A stretch of 52,674 nucleotides of DNA from Marmoricola sp. (lineage in GTDB: Bacteria > Actinomycetota > Actinomycetes > Propionibacteriales > Nocardioidaceae): contig JBDSBU010000171.1 in NCBI GenBank assembly GCA_039921445.1, positions 1 through 52,674 of the forward strand, given 5' to 3'. The notes beneath the pieces are model-generated. The model ran no database searches. It was not told where the DNA came from and saw only the letters and a program-made list of their open reading frames with translations. Below, piece by piece: positions 1-9,729 of this stretch. The first letter of the stretch is position 1; each line of letters starts with the position of its first letter. Both the position numbers and the translations under genes were made by a program.

Positions 1-1521
1 GTCGGCGAGCTGGTTGCCCTCCCCGTCCTCCTGGTACTCGTCGTGGTTGAGGTCCTCCACGGTGGTGCCGTGCCCGGAGTACTGCACCACGAGGACGTCC
101 CCGGGCTTGCCACCCACCACCAACCCCTGGATCCGCTCGACCATCTCCTCCAACGTGGCCTGCTCATTGAGCAGGGTGGAGACCTCGAAGCCGGCTGAGG
201 TGAGCTCCTTGGCCCACGCTTCGGCATCGGCGACGCAGCCCGACAGCGCGTACTTCCCGGGATAGGCGTCGATACCGATGCACAGCGCCTTCCTGGTGGC
301 ACCGTCCACCGGCTGGGCAGACGTGGCCTGGGAAAGCTTGGTCTGTCGAGCCTCGATGTCGGCGAAGGCCTCCTCGGTGGTCAACCACGGGTCGCCGAGA
401 TCGCGGGTCTTGCCCTTGGCCGGGAAGCGTCGCGGCAGGTCGTCTCGGTCCAGAATCCTCCGGCCAAGGCTGTCCATGGTGTCCTGGTCGTCGTCGAAGT
501 CACCATGGTGCTCGGAGCGGCTGCTGGAGCGAAGCCCGCCGCCGATGGTCTGGGACCACATCACCGTGCCCTTTCCTCCAGCAGTGGTCGATCCGAAGAC
601 CTCCCGTAGCCGTGGGTTTCGGCGTACGGACTCCTGCAGCCCGAGGATCTCGGCATGCTCCTCGGGCTCGAGCGCTTCGCGGATCAGGTAGAGCAGGGAC
701 TTCTGGTAGACGCCCATGCAGGTGTCCAACTTCTCGAAGTGCTCCGACATCGTGAACATCGTCAGCGCCTCGATCCGGGCGAGGACCGCGGGGTCCAGCA
801 CCCGGTTCTCGAACTCGTCCACCCGCACCGCCGGAGCCAGCAGGTTCAGCGAAGCGATCGTGGGTACGCCGGCGGCAAGCAGCTGTGGCACCAGGTGGGC
901 GTGGAAGATCGAGCCGGCACTGTGCCCCACGGCGTGCACCCGGATCGTCCCTGGGTTGGCGGCCATGTAGTCCCCCAGCCTGGTGGCGAAGTAGCGAGCA
1001 CCGCCGCTGGGCTCGCTGGCGAGCTCCGCGGTGCGCTTCATCGCTCCCCAGGTGTCCCGCCCCCTGGCACCGCGCAGCACCTCCTCGATGATCGCGTCGA
1101 GGGCGTCGGCGATGAACCCGCGGGCCTTCCCCGGAATGTGGTCCCGAACGGCGTCCCACAGCGAGTCGCCCAACGCGGTCTCCCAGACGAACTGCACCGG
1201 GAACGCGCCGTTGGCCTTCCACCACTCCACCTGCTTGCGCGCGATGCCGAGACCACTGGCCTTCGGGACCAGCCCCCCGTGGGCATAGATCACCAGGGGG
1301 ACGTCGGCCCCACCGTGACCGGCGACGAACGCCGGGAGATGAGTGCTGAAGATCGCGTCGACATCGGCCTCGACCGTCTTGAAGTCCTTGACCGATGTCG
1401 GCGAGGTGGAGGCTCCGGCCGCCAGCCGTCCGTCGGGAACGTTGATGACGTAGGGATGCAGGGCAACCAGCTCGTCCCTGCTCAGTTCCACCGAGCGCGT
1501 TGTCGAGGCGGTGAGTGTCAT
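1..1521 (-). CDS. alpha/beta-hydrolase fused to caspase-like (peptidase C14) domain; partial, runs off the left edge
   Basis: Not in the ORF track; translated by hand. ATG at 1521 after an AGAAAGG RBS, open for 507 codons to position 1. Hydrolase motifs VIYAHGG (YAHGG 1273-1287), VHAVGHSAG (GHSAG 913-927), LNLLAPA, HHGDFDDD (about 487-510). C14 motifs RKALCIGIDAYP (259-294), LSGCVADA, VQYSGHG (YSGHG 67-81). The catalytic Cys would lie beyond the window. Confidence 0.88.
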   Translation of the reverse strand, partial: MTLTASTTRSVELSRDELVALHPYVINVPDGRLAAGASTSPTSVKDFKTVEADVDAIFSTHLPAFVAGHGGADVPLVIYAHGGLVPKASGLGIARKQVEWWKANGAFPVQFVWETALGDSLWDAVRDHIPGKARGFIADALDAIIEEVLRGARGRDTWGAMKRTAELASEPSGGARYFATRLGDYMAANPGTIRVHAVGHSAGSIFHAHLVPQLLAAGVPTIASLNLLAPAVRVDEFENRVLDPAVLARIEALTMFTMSEHFEKLDTCMGVYQKSLLYLIREALEPEEHAEILGLQESVRRNPRLREVFGSTTAGGKGTVMWSQTIGGGLRSSSRSEHHGDFDDDQDTMDSLGRRILDRDDLPRRFPAKGKTRDLGDPWLTTEEAFADIEARQTKLSQATSAQPVDGATRKALCIGIDAYPGKYALSGCVADAEAWAKELTSAGFEVSTLLNEQATLEEMVERIQGLVVGGKPGDVLVVQYSGHGTTVEDLNHDEYQEDGEGNQLAD

Positions 1522-1534
1522 CGTGGTGCCTTTC

Positions 1535-3754
1535 TCATTCGATAGGTGTGGCGACGCTGCGACCGGTCAGCCGGGCATCGGGGTGGGCGTAGACGGTGTA
1601 GGCGAGCCAGGACAGGTCCCCACTGCGACGGGCTTGCTGCCGCGCCGCGATCGTGGCGCGGGCCATGGTGTCCCCAGCGTCCAGTCGGGCGTAGAACTCC
1701 TCGACGAACGCACGCGCGGGCTCGTCACCGACCGACCACAGGCACCCCACGAAGGCACCGGCTCCTGCGCGCAGGAACGACTCCGCGAAACCTCCGGCCT
1801 CGGACCGACGTGACGGCGGTCGCCCCAGACGGCAGGCGTTGATCACCACCAATGGCCCGGGGTCGTGCAGTGCCAGCGGTGCGCGGTCGGGAAGCGCCTC
1901 ACGGAGGTCCTCCAGGGACCAGCACGTCCGTGACCGGTCGGTGGGTACGGCGTCCGTGACACCGACATGGCGGACCGAATCGGCCAACAGCATCTCCCGC
2001 ACTGGTGGGTCGGTGGTGTCGTCGCATCGGCCGTGGCCGGCGAAGTGGAGCAGATCAACCTCACCGCTGGCCAGCAGGCGGGAGAGTGCGATGCCGTCGG
2101 AGGGAGTGATCGCCTGCGCCCCGAACCGCGCCAGCGCGTCCAGCTCGAGGACTGCGTTCGGCAGCGCGAGCTCGGGATCGGCGTACTCCGGGACGAGGTG
2201 ATAGGCAGCACCCGCTCGGATGCTGAGGTCGCGGGGGTGCGGGGTGTTGTAGACCCAGCGGACCAGGCCAGCCCGGCCCAGGAACCCCTGGCCGTCCGGG
2301 TCCTCGCCGTCCACCTCTTCCCAGGTGTGCACCAGCTCCCAGGGGATGTCGGTCTCTCCACTGGTCAGGATCGTGAGCTCATCGAGATCATCCGGGTGCT
2401 CCCGGAGCCAGGTGAGCAGCCCGGGTGGCAGCGCCAGTGACGCGAGTCGCGCACCGATAGTGCGCAGGTCGAACTGGAACGCAGCACTGCGCTCGCGCAG
2501 GTTCGGAATCGCCTTGTGCCCCTCCCAAGCATCATCGATGGCCTGGAAGACCCCACTGAGCACCGACGGCTTGTCCGCGATCAGGTGCTCATACCGCTCC
2601 CTGACCCCGGGCAGAACAAGGTCGAAGGTCAGCACCGAGGTGGAGCCTTCCAGGTTCTCATCGATCGTCATCGTCCGTGGCGCGAGGAACGGGCTCACCC
2701 CGGCAGCCACCGCCGACGCGACCGTCGCCGGTGAAGACTGCTCGGGCAGACTCGATCCCCGAGCGAGCACAGTGCAGGTCAGGCGTAACGTGGCCAGTGG
2801 CCGCGGCGCCTCCTGACGGACGACGACCTGCACCTCCGCCTCACCCACCGTGATCGCACGGAGCCGGAAGGTCAGCTCGGCGTCAGCCTCTCCGGGAGCA
2901 GGCAGGTGCAGCTCGCGCTGGCCGCTCTCGGGCTCGTCCTGCGTGCCAGCGAGTGCGAGTCCCCTGCGGAGAAGGGTGACGGTGACTGGCTGGGTCGGGT
3001 CGACGATGATCACCTGCTCGTCGTGGGAGGTGCCGCCCTCGACGCGCACCTCGCCACGACTGAGGCGTACGACGACATCGGCGGGCTGATCGACCAGGAC
3101 GAAGGCCGGCATGCTCGCGCCGACCTCTGCGAACTGCAGGGGGGCCGCCTCGTCCGGCGAGGCTCCGACGAGGTCCGGCTCGGCCTGCGTCTCGTACTCT
3201 GCCTCGAAGGGCGGCTCGACCTGCGTCTCGTACTCGAACGTCTCCGGCGGCGGCAGCGTCGGCGGCGGGGCCCACTGCGTCGGCGGGCTCATCGGCGGCG
3301 CACTCGGCGGAATCCCCCGAGTGGTGGGCGCGCTCGGCGGGGTCTCCCTGGTCACCCCTCCGCGATCGGGGCGAGCCAGTGACTCCGTCGCGATCAGCAC
3401 CACCTCCGGAGCCATTCCCGCGGGGTGCTCGACAAGACGGACGACAAGGAGCGCACCCGCCGCGATCTCGATGGTCCAGCTCGCGGTGTCCTCGGCGTAG
3501 GCAAGCAGTCGTAGCTCACCCTCGAGCTCCACGACCACGCTCAGTCCGCCGCGCGCCGAGGCTGTGGGGGTCAGGCGCAGGGTGCCGCCGCCTTCCCCGG
3601 CAGCGATCCTCAGCGTTGCGACGACGTTCACCCGGCTACGCCCGGCACCGCCCTGGACCGCCCCGCGAGTCGGGTCCACCTCGACGCGAACCCCAGGATC
3701 GGCAATGAGCGTGACCCGGCCGTCAGCGACATCGATCATCTGCTGCTCCCGCAT
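1535..3754 (-). CDS. CHAT-domain (caspase-HetF-like) protease with N-terminal domain, Pro-rich linker and Ig-like middle domain
   Basis: C-terminal IPWEL, LLHFAGHG (His), VVINACRLG (Cys), GFAESFLRAGAGAFVGCLWSVGD and WLAYTVY are CHAT motifs. GGGGAGG RBS upstream. Confidence 0.88.
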   Translation of the reverse strand: MREQQMIDVADGRVTLIADPGVRVEVDPTRGAVQGGAGRSRVNVVATLRIAAGEGGGTLRLTPTASARGGLSVVVELEGELRLLAYAEDTASWTIEIAAGALLVVRLVEHPAGMAPEVVLIATESLARPDRGGVTRETPPSAPTTRGIPPSAPPMSPPTQWAPPPTLPPPETFEYETQVEPPFEAEYETQAEPDLVGASPDEAAPLQFAEVGASMPAFVLVDQPADVVVRLSRGEVRVEGGTSHDEQVIIVDPTQPVTVTLLRRGLALAGTQDEPESGQRELHLPAPGEADAELTFRLRAITVGEAEVQVVVRQEAPRPLATLRLTCTVLARGSSLPEQSSPATVASAVAAGVSPFLAPRTMTIDENLEGSTSVLTFDLVLPGVRERYEHLIADKPSVLSGVFQAIDDAWEGHKAIPNLRERSAAFQFDLRTIGARLASLALPPGLLTWLREHPDDLDELTILTSGETDIPWELVHTWEEVDGEDPDGQGFLGRAGLVRWVYNTPHPRDLSIRAGAAYHLVPEYADPELALPNAVLELDALARFGAQAITPSDGIALSRLLASGEVDLLHFAGHGRCDDTTDPPVREMLLADSVRHVGVTDAVPTDRSRTCWSLEDLREALPDRAPLALHDPGPLVVINACRLGRPPSRRSEAGGFAESFLRAGAGAFVGCLWSVGDEPARAFVEEFYARLDAGDTMARATIAARQQARRSGDLSWLAYTVYAHPDARLTGRSVATPIE
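3177..3235. repeat. 36-bp-period direct repeat encoding EYETQ(V/A)EP twice in the CHAT linker
   Basis: GGCTCGGCCTGCGTCTCGTACTC at 3177-3199 versus GGCTCGACCTGCGTCTCGTACTC at 3213-3235 (22/23 identical). Confidence 0.85.
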
Positions 3755-3897
3755 GCGCCCTCCCCAGGTTGCGCATCGCCGGTGCGGCCACGTCCACCGG
3801 AGACCCCAGCATGGAACGCCAGGGCAGCCCTGGCCAGCATCGGCGGCTCAGGTGTAGACCAGCAGCACAGGCATCCAGATGCGCAGCGAGGCGGCGG

Positions 3898-5001
3898 TCA
3901 GGAGCGGGTCTTCTCCAGTCGCGCGACTGTCTCGCCGTACTCGCGGACCAGGTCGGCCATCACGTCGGCAACAGGTCGGACCTCGTTCATCCGACCGACG
4001 ATCTGCCCCACCGGCATCGCGACCACGTCGGGGTCCCCGTGCTGGTTCATCCGGTTGTGCGCGTCCGCGACCAACAGGTTCTGCAGCGGCATCGGCAGCG
4101 GCTCCGGGGCGCCGTGGTCGGTCCAGGCCTCGGTCCACTTCGACTTCAGGAGACGAGCCGGCTTCCCCGTGTAGACACGCGTTCGCACTGTGTCGGCGCT
4201 GCTGGCGCGCAGGAAGGCCTCGGTCATGCCCCTGTTGGAGTTGAGGTTCTGGTACTCCTCGGTGGTCAGCCACACCGAGCCGGTCCAGACACCCTGGGCA
4301 CCCAGCGCCAGTGACGCGGCGATCTGCCGACCCGAGCCGATGCCGCCCGCGCCGAGGACGGGCACGTCCGGCCCGACCGCGTCGACGACCTCCGGGGTGA
4401 GCACCATGCTGGCGATCTCCCCGGTGTGCCCGCCCGCCTCGTAGCCCTGGGCGATGATGATGTCCACCCCGTTGGCGAGGTGGGACAGCGCATGCTTGGC
4501 TGCGCCTGCCAGCGCGGCGACCGCCACCCCCTGTTCGTGCGCCTGCTCGATCACGTCCCTGGGTGGGGAACCCAGCGCGTTCGCGATCAGCACCGGGCGG
4601 TGCCTGAGCGCGACGTCGACGTGTGAGCGCGCCACGGAGTGCAGCCAGCCCAGGACGCCCTCGCGACCCTCCCCCTCCGGGAGCGGGGGTACGCCGAGCT
4701 GCTGCAACGTGCGCTGCACGAACGAGAGGTGCTCGGGTGGGATCAACGCCTTGAGGTCGACCGACTTGCCCTCGGTGGGCACCTTCATCGGCATCACCAC
4801 ATCGACGCCGTAGGGCTTTCCCTCGGTGTTCTCGTCGAGCCAGGTGAGTGCCTGGTCGAGCTCCTCAGGGTCGTTGAACCGCACTGCGCCGAGCACCCCG
4901 AGACCACCGGCCCGCGAGACCGCGGCCGCGACGTGCTCAGAAGGGGTGAAGGCGAAGATCGGGTACTCGATCCCGAACCGCTCGCACAGGTCGGTGTGCA
5001 T
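3898..5001 (-). CDS. Nitronate monooxygenase family flavoprotein (Rv1894c-like)
   Basis: Start MHTDLCERFGIEYPIFAF overlaps the fadD19 stop (TGATG). Motifs AQGYEAGGHTG and GAGGIGSG. The longer track ORF (to 5679) overlaps fadD19 and is not the real start. Confidence 0.85.
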   Translation of the reverse strand: MHTDLCERFGIEYPIFAFTPSEHVAAAVSRAGGLGVLGAVRFNDPEELDQALTWLDENTEGKPYGVDVVMPMKVPTEGKSVDLKALIPPEHLSFVQRTLQQLGVPPLPEGEGREGVLGWLHSVARSHVDVALRHRPVLIANALGSPPRDVIEQAHEQGVAVAALAGAAKHALSHLANGVDIIIAQGYEAGGHTGEIASMVLTPEVVDAVGPDVPVLGAGGIGSGRQIAASLALGAQGVWTGSVWLTTEEYQNLNSNRGMTEAFLRASSADTVRTRVYTGKPARLLKSKWTEAWTDHGAPEPLPMPLQNLLVADAHNRMNQHGDPDVVAMPVGQIVGRMNEVRPVADVMADLVREYGETVARLEKTRS

Positions 5002-6626
5002 CACACACCGATCTGCTGACTCGAAGCAGCGAGCTCCTTCGCCCTGGGGTAGTTGGCCTTGCCCGTGGCGCTGCGCGGGATCTCGGAGACGTAGGTGACC
5101 GTGCGAGGGAGCTTGTAGCCCGAGAGCTGAGCGCGCAGGAACGACCTCAGGTCCTCCAGCTCGGGTCGATGGTCGCCACGGGGCTGGATCACTGCGGAGA
5201 CCGACTGGCCGTAGCTCTCGTCCGCGACCCCGACCACCAACACGTCGTACACGTCCGGATGCGCCTTGAGCGCCATCTCGACCTCCTCGGGGTAGACCTT
5301 CTCCCCGCCGGTGTTGATGCAGTTGGAGCCTCGTCCGAGCAGCGTCACCTTGTTGTCGGTCTCGATCCGGGCGAAGTCGCCAGGAACCGCGTAGCGCGTC
5401 CCGTCGAGCTCGAGAAAGGTCTGGGCCGACTTGGCCTCGTCCTTGTAGTAGCCCAGCGGGACCGAACCGGAACGGGCCAGTCGTCCGACCACACCGACAT
5501 TCTCGGCCAGGTCGAGGACGTTGTTGTCCTCGTCGAGGATCACCGACTCGGCGCCCAGGCTGATCACACAGCCCTCGCCCTTGATGTTCTCGGCATCCTG
5601 GAGACCGGTGCCCTGGAACCCGGTCTCGGAGCTGCCGACGGAGTCGGTGAAGAAGGCGTTCGGGAACGCGGCCATCCAACGCTCCTTGACCGGTCGGCTG
5701 AAGATCGCGGCGCTGCTGGCGACCGCGATCAGCGACGAGCCGTCGTGGCCACCGGCGTCGCGGGCCTCGATCAGCGGCCTGGCCATGGCGTCACCGGTCA
5801 TGAAGACCAGCTGCACCTTGAGGTCGTCGATCGTGCGCCAGACCTCGTCGGCGTCGAACTTCGGCGCAAGGATTGTCAGGTGTCCGGCGAAGAGATGCAT
5901 CAGCATCGCCGCCTGCGCGCCACCGTGCATCAGCGGGCTCAGCGGAAAGGTCACCATCGGCTCGTTGGCCAGGGCGCTCTTGGACTGGTCGTACTCCTCG
6001 AGCCGAGTGCCGGTCATGAAGTCGATGCCACCGCCCAGCACCCGCCAGAAGTCCTCGTGCCGCCACATCACGCCCTTGGGGAACCCCGTGGTGCCACCGG
6101 TGTAGACGATGTAGACGTCGTCCCCGCTGCGCTCCGCGAAGTCACGCTCGGAGCTCTGCCCGGACAGTGCCTCGTCCCAGGTCAGACCTCCGAAGCCGGC
6201 GAGATCGGCGTCGTTGTCGGGCTCGGTGGGGTCCGGCATGGCCACCATGGTGGTCAGCTTGGGATGGTTCGGTGCCGTGATCGCGACCTGCGGGGCGTAG
6301 GTGCGCTCGTGCAGCAGCGCCACCATGTCGGAGTTCTCGAAGAGGTAGTTCAGCTCGGCCTCCACGTAGCGGTAGTTCACGTTGATCGCGACGGCGCGGA
6401 CCTTGAAGACCGCAAGCAGTGCGACCACGTGCTCGACGCTGTTCTTGGCGTAGATGCCGACGTGATCGTTGTGACCCACCCCGCGGGAGGCCAAGAAGTG
6501 CGCAAGCCGGTTGGCGTCCGCCTCGATCTCGGCGTAGGTGACCGCGCGGTCTCCCACCTGGATCACGGGCCGGTCCGGTACCGCGTCGACGGCATGCTCG
6601 AAGAGGTCTGCGATGTTGAGGGCCAT
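5001..6626 (-). CDS. fadD19: Steroid side-chain acyl-CoA synthetase FadD19
   Basis: MALNIADLFEHAVDAVPDR N-terminus, YTGGTTGFPKG AMP-binding motif, divergent from echA19 across a KstR box. Confidence 0.9.
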   Translation of the reverse strand: MALNIADLFEHAVDAVPDRPVIQVGDRAVTYAEIEADANRLAHFLASRGVGHNDHVGIYAKNSVEHVVALLAVFKVRAVAINVNYRYVEAELNYLFENSDMVALLHERTYAPQVAITAPNHPKLTTMVAMPDPTEPDNDADLAGFGGLTWDEALSGQSSERDFAERSGDDVYIVYTGGTTGFPKGVMWRHEDFWRVLGGGIDFMTGTRLEEYDQSKSALANEPMVTFPLSPLMHGGAQAAMLMHLFAGHLTILAPKFDADEVWRTIDDLKVQLVFMTGDAMARPLIEARDAGGHDGSSLIAVASSAAIFSRPVKERWMAAFPNAFFTDSVGSSETGFQGTGLQDAENIKGEGCVISLGAESVILDEDNNVLDLAENVGVVGRLARSGSVPLGYYKDEAKSAQTFLELDGTRYAVPGDFARIETDNKVTLLGRGSNCINTGGEKVYPEEVEMALKAHPDVYDVLVVGVADESYGQSVSAVIQPRGDHRPELEDLRSFLRAQLSGYKLPRTVTYVSEIPRSATGKANYPRAKELAASSQQIGV

Positions 6627-6637
6627 GGCCGCAAGAC

Positions 6638-6651
6638 TAGAACACGTTCTT
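6638..6651. promoter_or_regulatory. KstR operator (fadD19/echA19)
   Basis: TAGAACACGTTCTT, one mismatch to TnnAACnnGTTnnA, in the 47-bp divergent gap. Confidence 0.8.
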
Positions 6652-6673
6652 GTTTCTGACTAGCATCAGGGCC

Positions 6674-7507
6674 ATGACCGAGATCCCTGACGCCGTCGAC
6701 CAGACCGCTCCCTCCCCCGCTCGCGAGCCGCACCTGCTCGTCGAGCTCGAGGGGCACACCCTGGTGGTGACGATGAACCGGCCCGAGGCCCGAAACGCCC
6801 TCTCCGGAGAGATGCTGGGCCTGATGGAGCAGGCCTGGGAGCGCGCCAACACCGACCCCGACGTGCGCGTGGTGATCCTGACCGGAGCCGGTGGCTACTT
6901 CTGCGCCGGTGCCGACCTCAAGGCGATGACCTCGAGCGCACCGACCGAGAAGTTCGAGTCCGGCGAGTTCGACCCGTCGTTCATCAAGGCCCTGCTCAAG
7001 GGTTACCGGGTGGACAAGCCGTTGATCGCTGCGGTCGAGGGCCCGGCGATCGCCGGCGGCACCGAGATCCTTCAGGCAACCGATATCCGCGTCGCCGGGG
7101 AGTCCGCCCGGTTCGGCGTCTCCGAGCCTCGTTGGGGTCTCTACCCGCTCGGTGGCTCCGCCGTACGCCTTCCCCGGCAGCTGCCCTACACCGTGGCCGC
7201 CGACCTCCTGCTGACCGGACGTCACATCAAGGCGCCCGAGGCCAAGGAGATCGGCCTGATCGGACACGTCGTGCCCGACGGCGAAGCCCTGACCAAGGCC
7301 CACGAGCTCGCCGACCTGATCGCCGCCAACGGCCCGCTCGCTGTCCAGGCAGTGCTGAGGACCATCCGCGACTCCGAGGGCAAGCACGAGAACGAGTGCT
7401 GGAAGGACGACGCCCGGGTCGGCGCCGCGGTCTTCGCCTCCAACGACGCCAAGGAAGGCCCCCGCGCCTTCGCCGAGAAGCGCAAGCCGACCTTCACCGG
7501 CACCTGA
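6674..7507 (+). CDS. echA19: Enoyl-CoA hydratase EchA19
   Basis: Crotonase motifs FCAGADLK and AIAGGTEIL; synteny with fadD19. ATG 6674 follows a TAGCAT -10 (leaderless-like). Confidence 0.88.
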   Translation: MTEIPDAVDQTAPSPAREPHLLVELEGHTLVVTMNRPEARNALSGEMLGLMEQAWERANTDPDVRVVILTGAGGYFCAGADLKAMTSSAPTEKFESGEFDPSFIKALLKGYRVDKPLIAAVEGPAIAGGTEILQATDIRVAGESARFGVSEPRWGLYPLGGSAVRLPRQLPYTVAADLLLTGRHIKAPEAKEIGLIGHVVPDGEALTKAHELADLIAANGPLAVQAVLRTIRDSEGKHENECWKDDARVGAAVFASNDAKEGPRAFAEKRKPTFTGT

Positions 7508-7565
7508 GGCCGCCGGGCGAGGAGGCGCCAGCACCCACCCGGCGGGGCGGCTTAGGCTCGGTCCC

Positions 7566-8093
7566 ATGACTGGCAGCATCTGGGAGCGGTTCGCGACGGA
7601 TCCTCGACGCGCGGAGAACGCGCACCTGCGCGCTTCGGACCGAGACCGCGACGTCGTCAACGACTTGCTCGGGGCGGCGTACGCCGAGGGCCGGATCACT
7701 CCCGAGGAGCACGACGAGCGCACCGACCTGGTGGCTCGGACACGCACGCTCGGGGAGCTGCCCGCTCTGGTCGGTGACCTCGTGGCGACTGGGTCAAGCG
7801 TCCCCGCCACCACCGACCGACACGCCGAGGCAGCGCGCCGCTACCGCAAACAGCTTCAGGACGCGCTCTGGCAGTTCCTGATCCCGACCCTGATCTGCTG
7901 GACGATCTACCTCGCCTCCGGCCATCACGGATTGCCGTGGCCGGTCTTCGTGATGCTGGGCACCGGAGTCAACTACGTGCGGCTGGCCACCAGCAGGACC
8001 GACACGATCCACTCGATCGAGCGCAGCTTGGAGAAGAAGGAACGCAAGGAGCTCGAGCAGGGCAAGAACGCCACCGAGGCGAACACCGACTGA
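7566..8093 (+). CDS. DUF1707 (SHOCT-like) domain membrane protein
   Basis: LRASDRDRD...AYAEGRIT.EE.DER...ARTRTLGEL..LVGDL followed by two hydrophobic segments. Confidence 0.8.
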   Translation: MTGSIWERFATDPRRAENAHLRASDRDRDVVNDLLGAAYAEGRITPEEHDERTDLVARTRTLGELPALVGDLVATGSSVPATTDRHAEAARRYRKQLQDALWQFLIPTLICWTIYLASGHHGLPWPVFVMLGTGVNYVRLATSRTDTIHSIERSLEKKERKELEQGKNATEANTD

Positions 8094-8166
8094 ACTCCCG
8101 GCGAGCAGTTCTATGGAATCTGTCTCAAAAGGACTCTCCGTCGCTTTGGGTGTAGTTCCATGAGCC

Positions 8167-9729
8167 ATGCCCATCTCTCACTTCGCGCACGGGGTCGCCT
8201 CCGGTGACCCGCGCCCGACCTCGGTCGTGCTGTGGACCCGGGTGACCCCCACCGCGGCGAGCAGGCCCGGTTCCGGGGCCGGCCCCATCGTCACCGTGCG
8301 TTGGCAGGTCTCCGCCAGCTCGAGCTTCACCCGCGTGCTCAGGTCGGGCCGGTTCCGGACCGGTCCCAGACGCGATCACACCGTGAAGCTCGACGTGACC
8401 GGGCTGAAGCCGGGCCGCACCTACTACTACCGGTTCCTCTACAAGCGACAGCGCAGCAAGGTGGGGCGCACCCGGACTGCTCCGGCCACCACCAGCTCGC
8501 CGGCCAACCTGCGCCTTGGTGTGGTCTCGTGCGCCAACCTGCAGGCGGGCTGGTTCAGCGCCTACCGCCACCTGGCGAACCGCAACGACCTGCACGCAGT
8601 CCTGCACCTGGGTGACTACATCTACGAGTACGGCCCCGGGCAGTACGGCTACGGCAAGGACGACCGCGACATCCGGCGCCATGAACCGGCGCACGAGATC
8701 CTCTCCGTGAGCGACTACCGCCGCCGGCACGCGCAGTACAAGCGCGACCCGGACCTGCAGCGGCTGCACGCGAAGTATCCCTTCATCGTGACCTGGGACG
8801 ACCACGAGTCGGCGAACGACGCCTGGAAGTCGGGGGCCGAGAACCACAGCGACTCGGAGGGCAGCTGGTCTGCGCGTCGAGCCGCAGCACACAAGGCCTA
8901 CGACGAGTGGATGCCGGCGCGGATGAACGACACGGCGAGGACGGGCGACGGCACCCGCCTGTACAGGCGGCTGCAGTTCGGTGATCTCGCCGAGCTCAGC
9001 ATGCTCGACCTGCGGACCTATCGCGACAAGCAGCTCGCGGCCCAGGTCGACCCCGACCAGGGCAACCCCGACCGGACCATCACCGGCCGGGAGCAGATGG
9101 ACTTCCTGAAGACCTCGCTGACCCGGGCAGTCTCGCAATGGAAGCTGGTCGGCAACCCGGTGATGATCGCCCCCGTGACGTTTGCGGGTCTGCCACGAGA
9201 CCTGATCAAGCCGGTGAACGACACCGTGGGGTTGCTGCCGCCCGACGGAGTGCCCTACAACATCGACCAGTGGGACGGCTACACCGACGACCGGCGGGAG
9301 GTCTTCGAGCACCTCCGGGACAACGGAGTCACCGATACCGTGTTCATCACCGGCGACATCCATTCCGGCTGGGCCTGCGACCTTCCGGCCGACAAGGCGA
9401 CCTACGCCTCGAGCCGCAACTCCGTCGCGGTCGAGTTCGTCGGCACCTCAGTGACGTCGAGCAACCTCAAGGACATCACCGGCACCCCCGCTCGCACCAC
9501 GAGCATCGCGGTGGAGGAGGGCCTGAAGGCCAACAACCCGCACATCAAATACCTGAACTTCGACGACCACGGCTTCTCGGTCCTCGACATCACTGCGAAA
9601 CGAGCCCAGATGGACTGGTACATCATCGGTGACCGCGCCGACAAGGCGACCGGCGTGAAGTGGACCACCTCCTACGCCAGCGCGGCTGGCAGCCAGGTCA
9701 TCCACCCCGTCGACAAGCCGGTGTCCTGA
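8167..9729 (+). CDS. phoD: PhoD-family alkaline phosphatase, with no evident signal peptide
   Basis: FAHGVASGDP, SCAN, HLGDYIYE, WDDHE, LDLRTYR, DQWDGY, TGDIH. In-frame TGA at 8161-8163 limits the N-terminus. Confidence 0.9.
   Translation: MPISHFAHGVASGDPRPTSVVLWTRVTPTAASRPGSGAGPIVTVRWQVSASSSFTRVLRSGRFRTGPRRDHTVKLDVTGLKPGRTYYYRFLYKRQRSKVGRTRTAPATTSSPANLRLGVVSCANLQAGWFSAYRHLANRNDLHAVLHLGDYIYEYGPGQYGYGKDDRDIRRHEPAHEILSVSDYRRRHAQYKRDPDLQRLHAKYPFIVTWDDHESANDAWKSGAENHSDSEGSWSARRAAAHKAYDEWMPARMNDTARTGDGTRLYRRLQFGDLAELSMLDLRTYRDKQLAAQVDPDQGNPDRTITGREQMDFLKTSLTRAVSQWKLVGNPVMIAPVTFAGLPRDLIKPVNDTVGLLPPDGVPYNIDQWDGYTDDRREVFEHLRDNGVTDTVFITGDIHSGWACDLPADKATYASSRNSVAVEFVGTSVTSSNLKDITGTPARTTSIAVEEGLKANNPHIKYLNFDDHGFSVLDITAKRAQMDWYIIGDRADKATGVKWTTSYASAAGSQVIHPVDKPVS

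Noticed and set aside
14-1545. Track ORFs 14-265, 278-691, 500-1225 and 655-1545
   Set aside because: Shadow frames of the real minus-strand hydrolase-caspase gene; no motifs.
3848-3874. 8-codon ORF MPVLLVYT upstream of the CHAT gene
   Set aside because: No RBS; too short to support.
5002-5679. 226-aa N-terminal extension of the nitronate monooxygenase ORF
   Set aside because: Overlaps fadD19 in another frame; the family start MHTDLC is coupled to the fadD19 stop.
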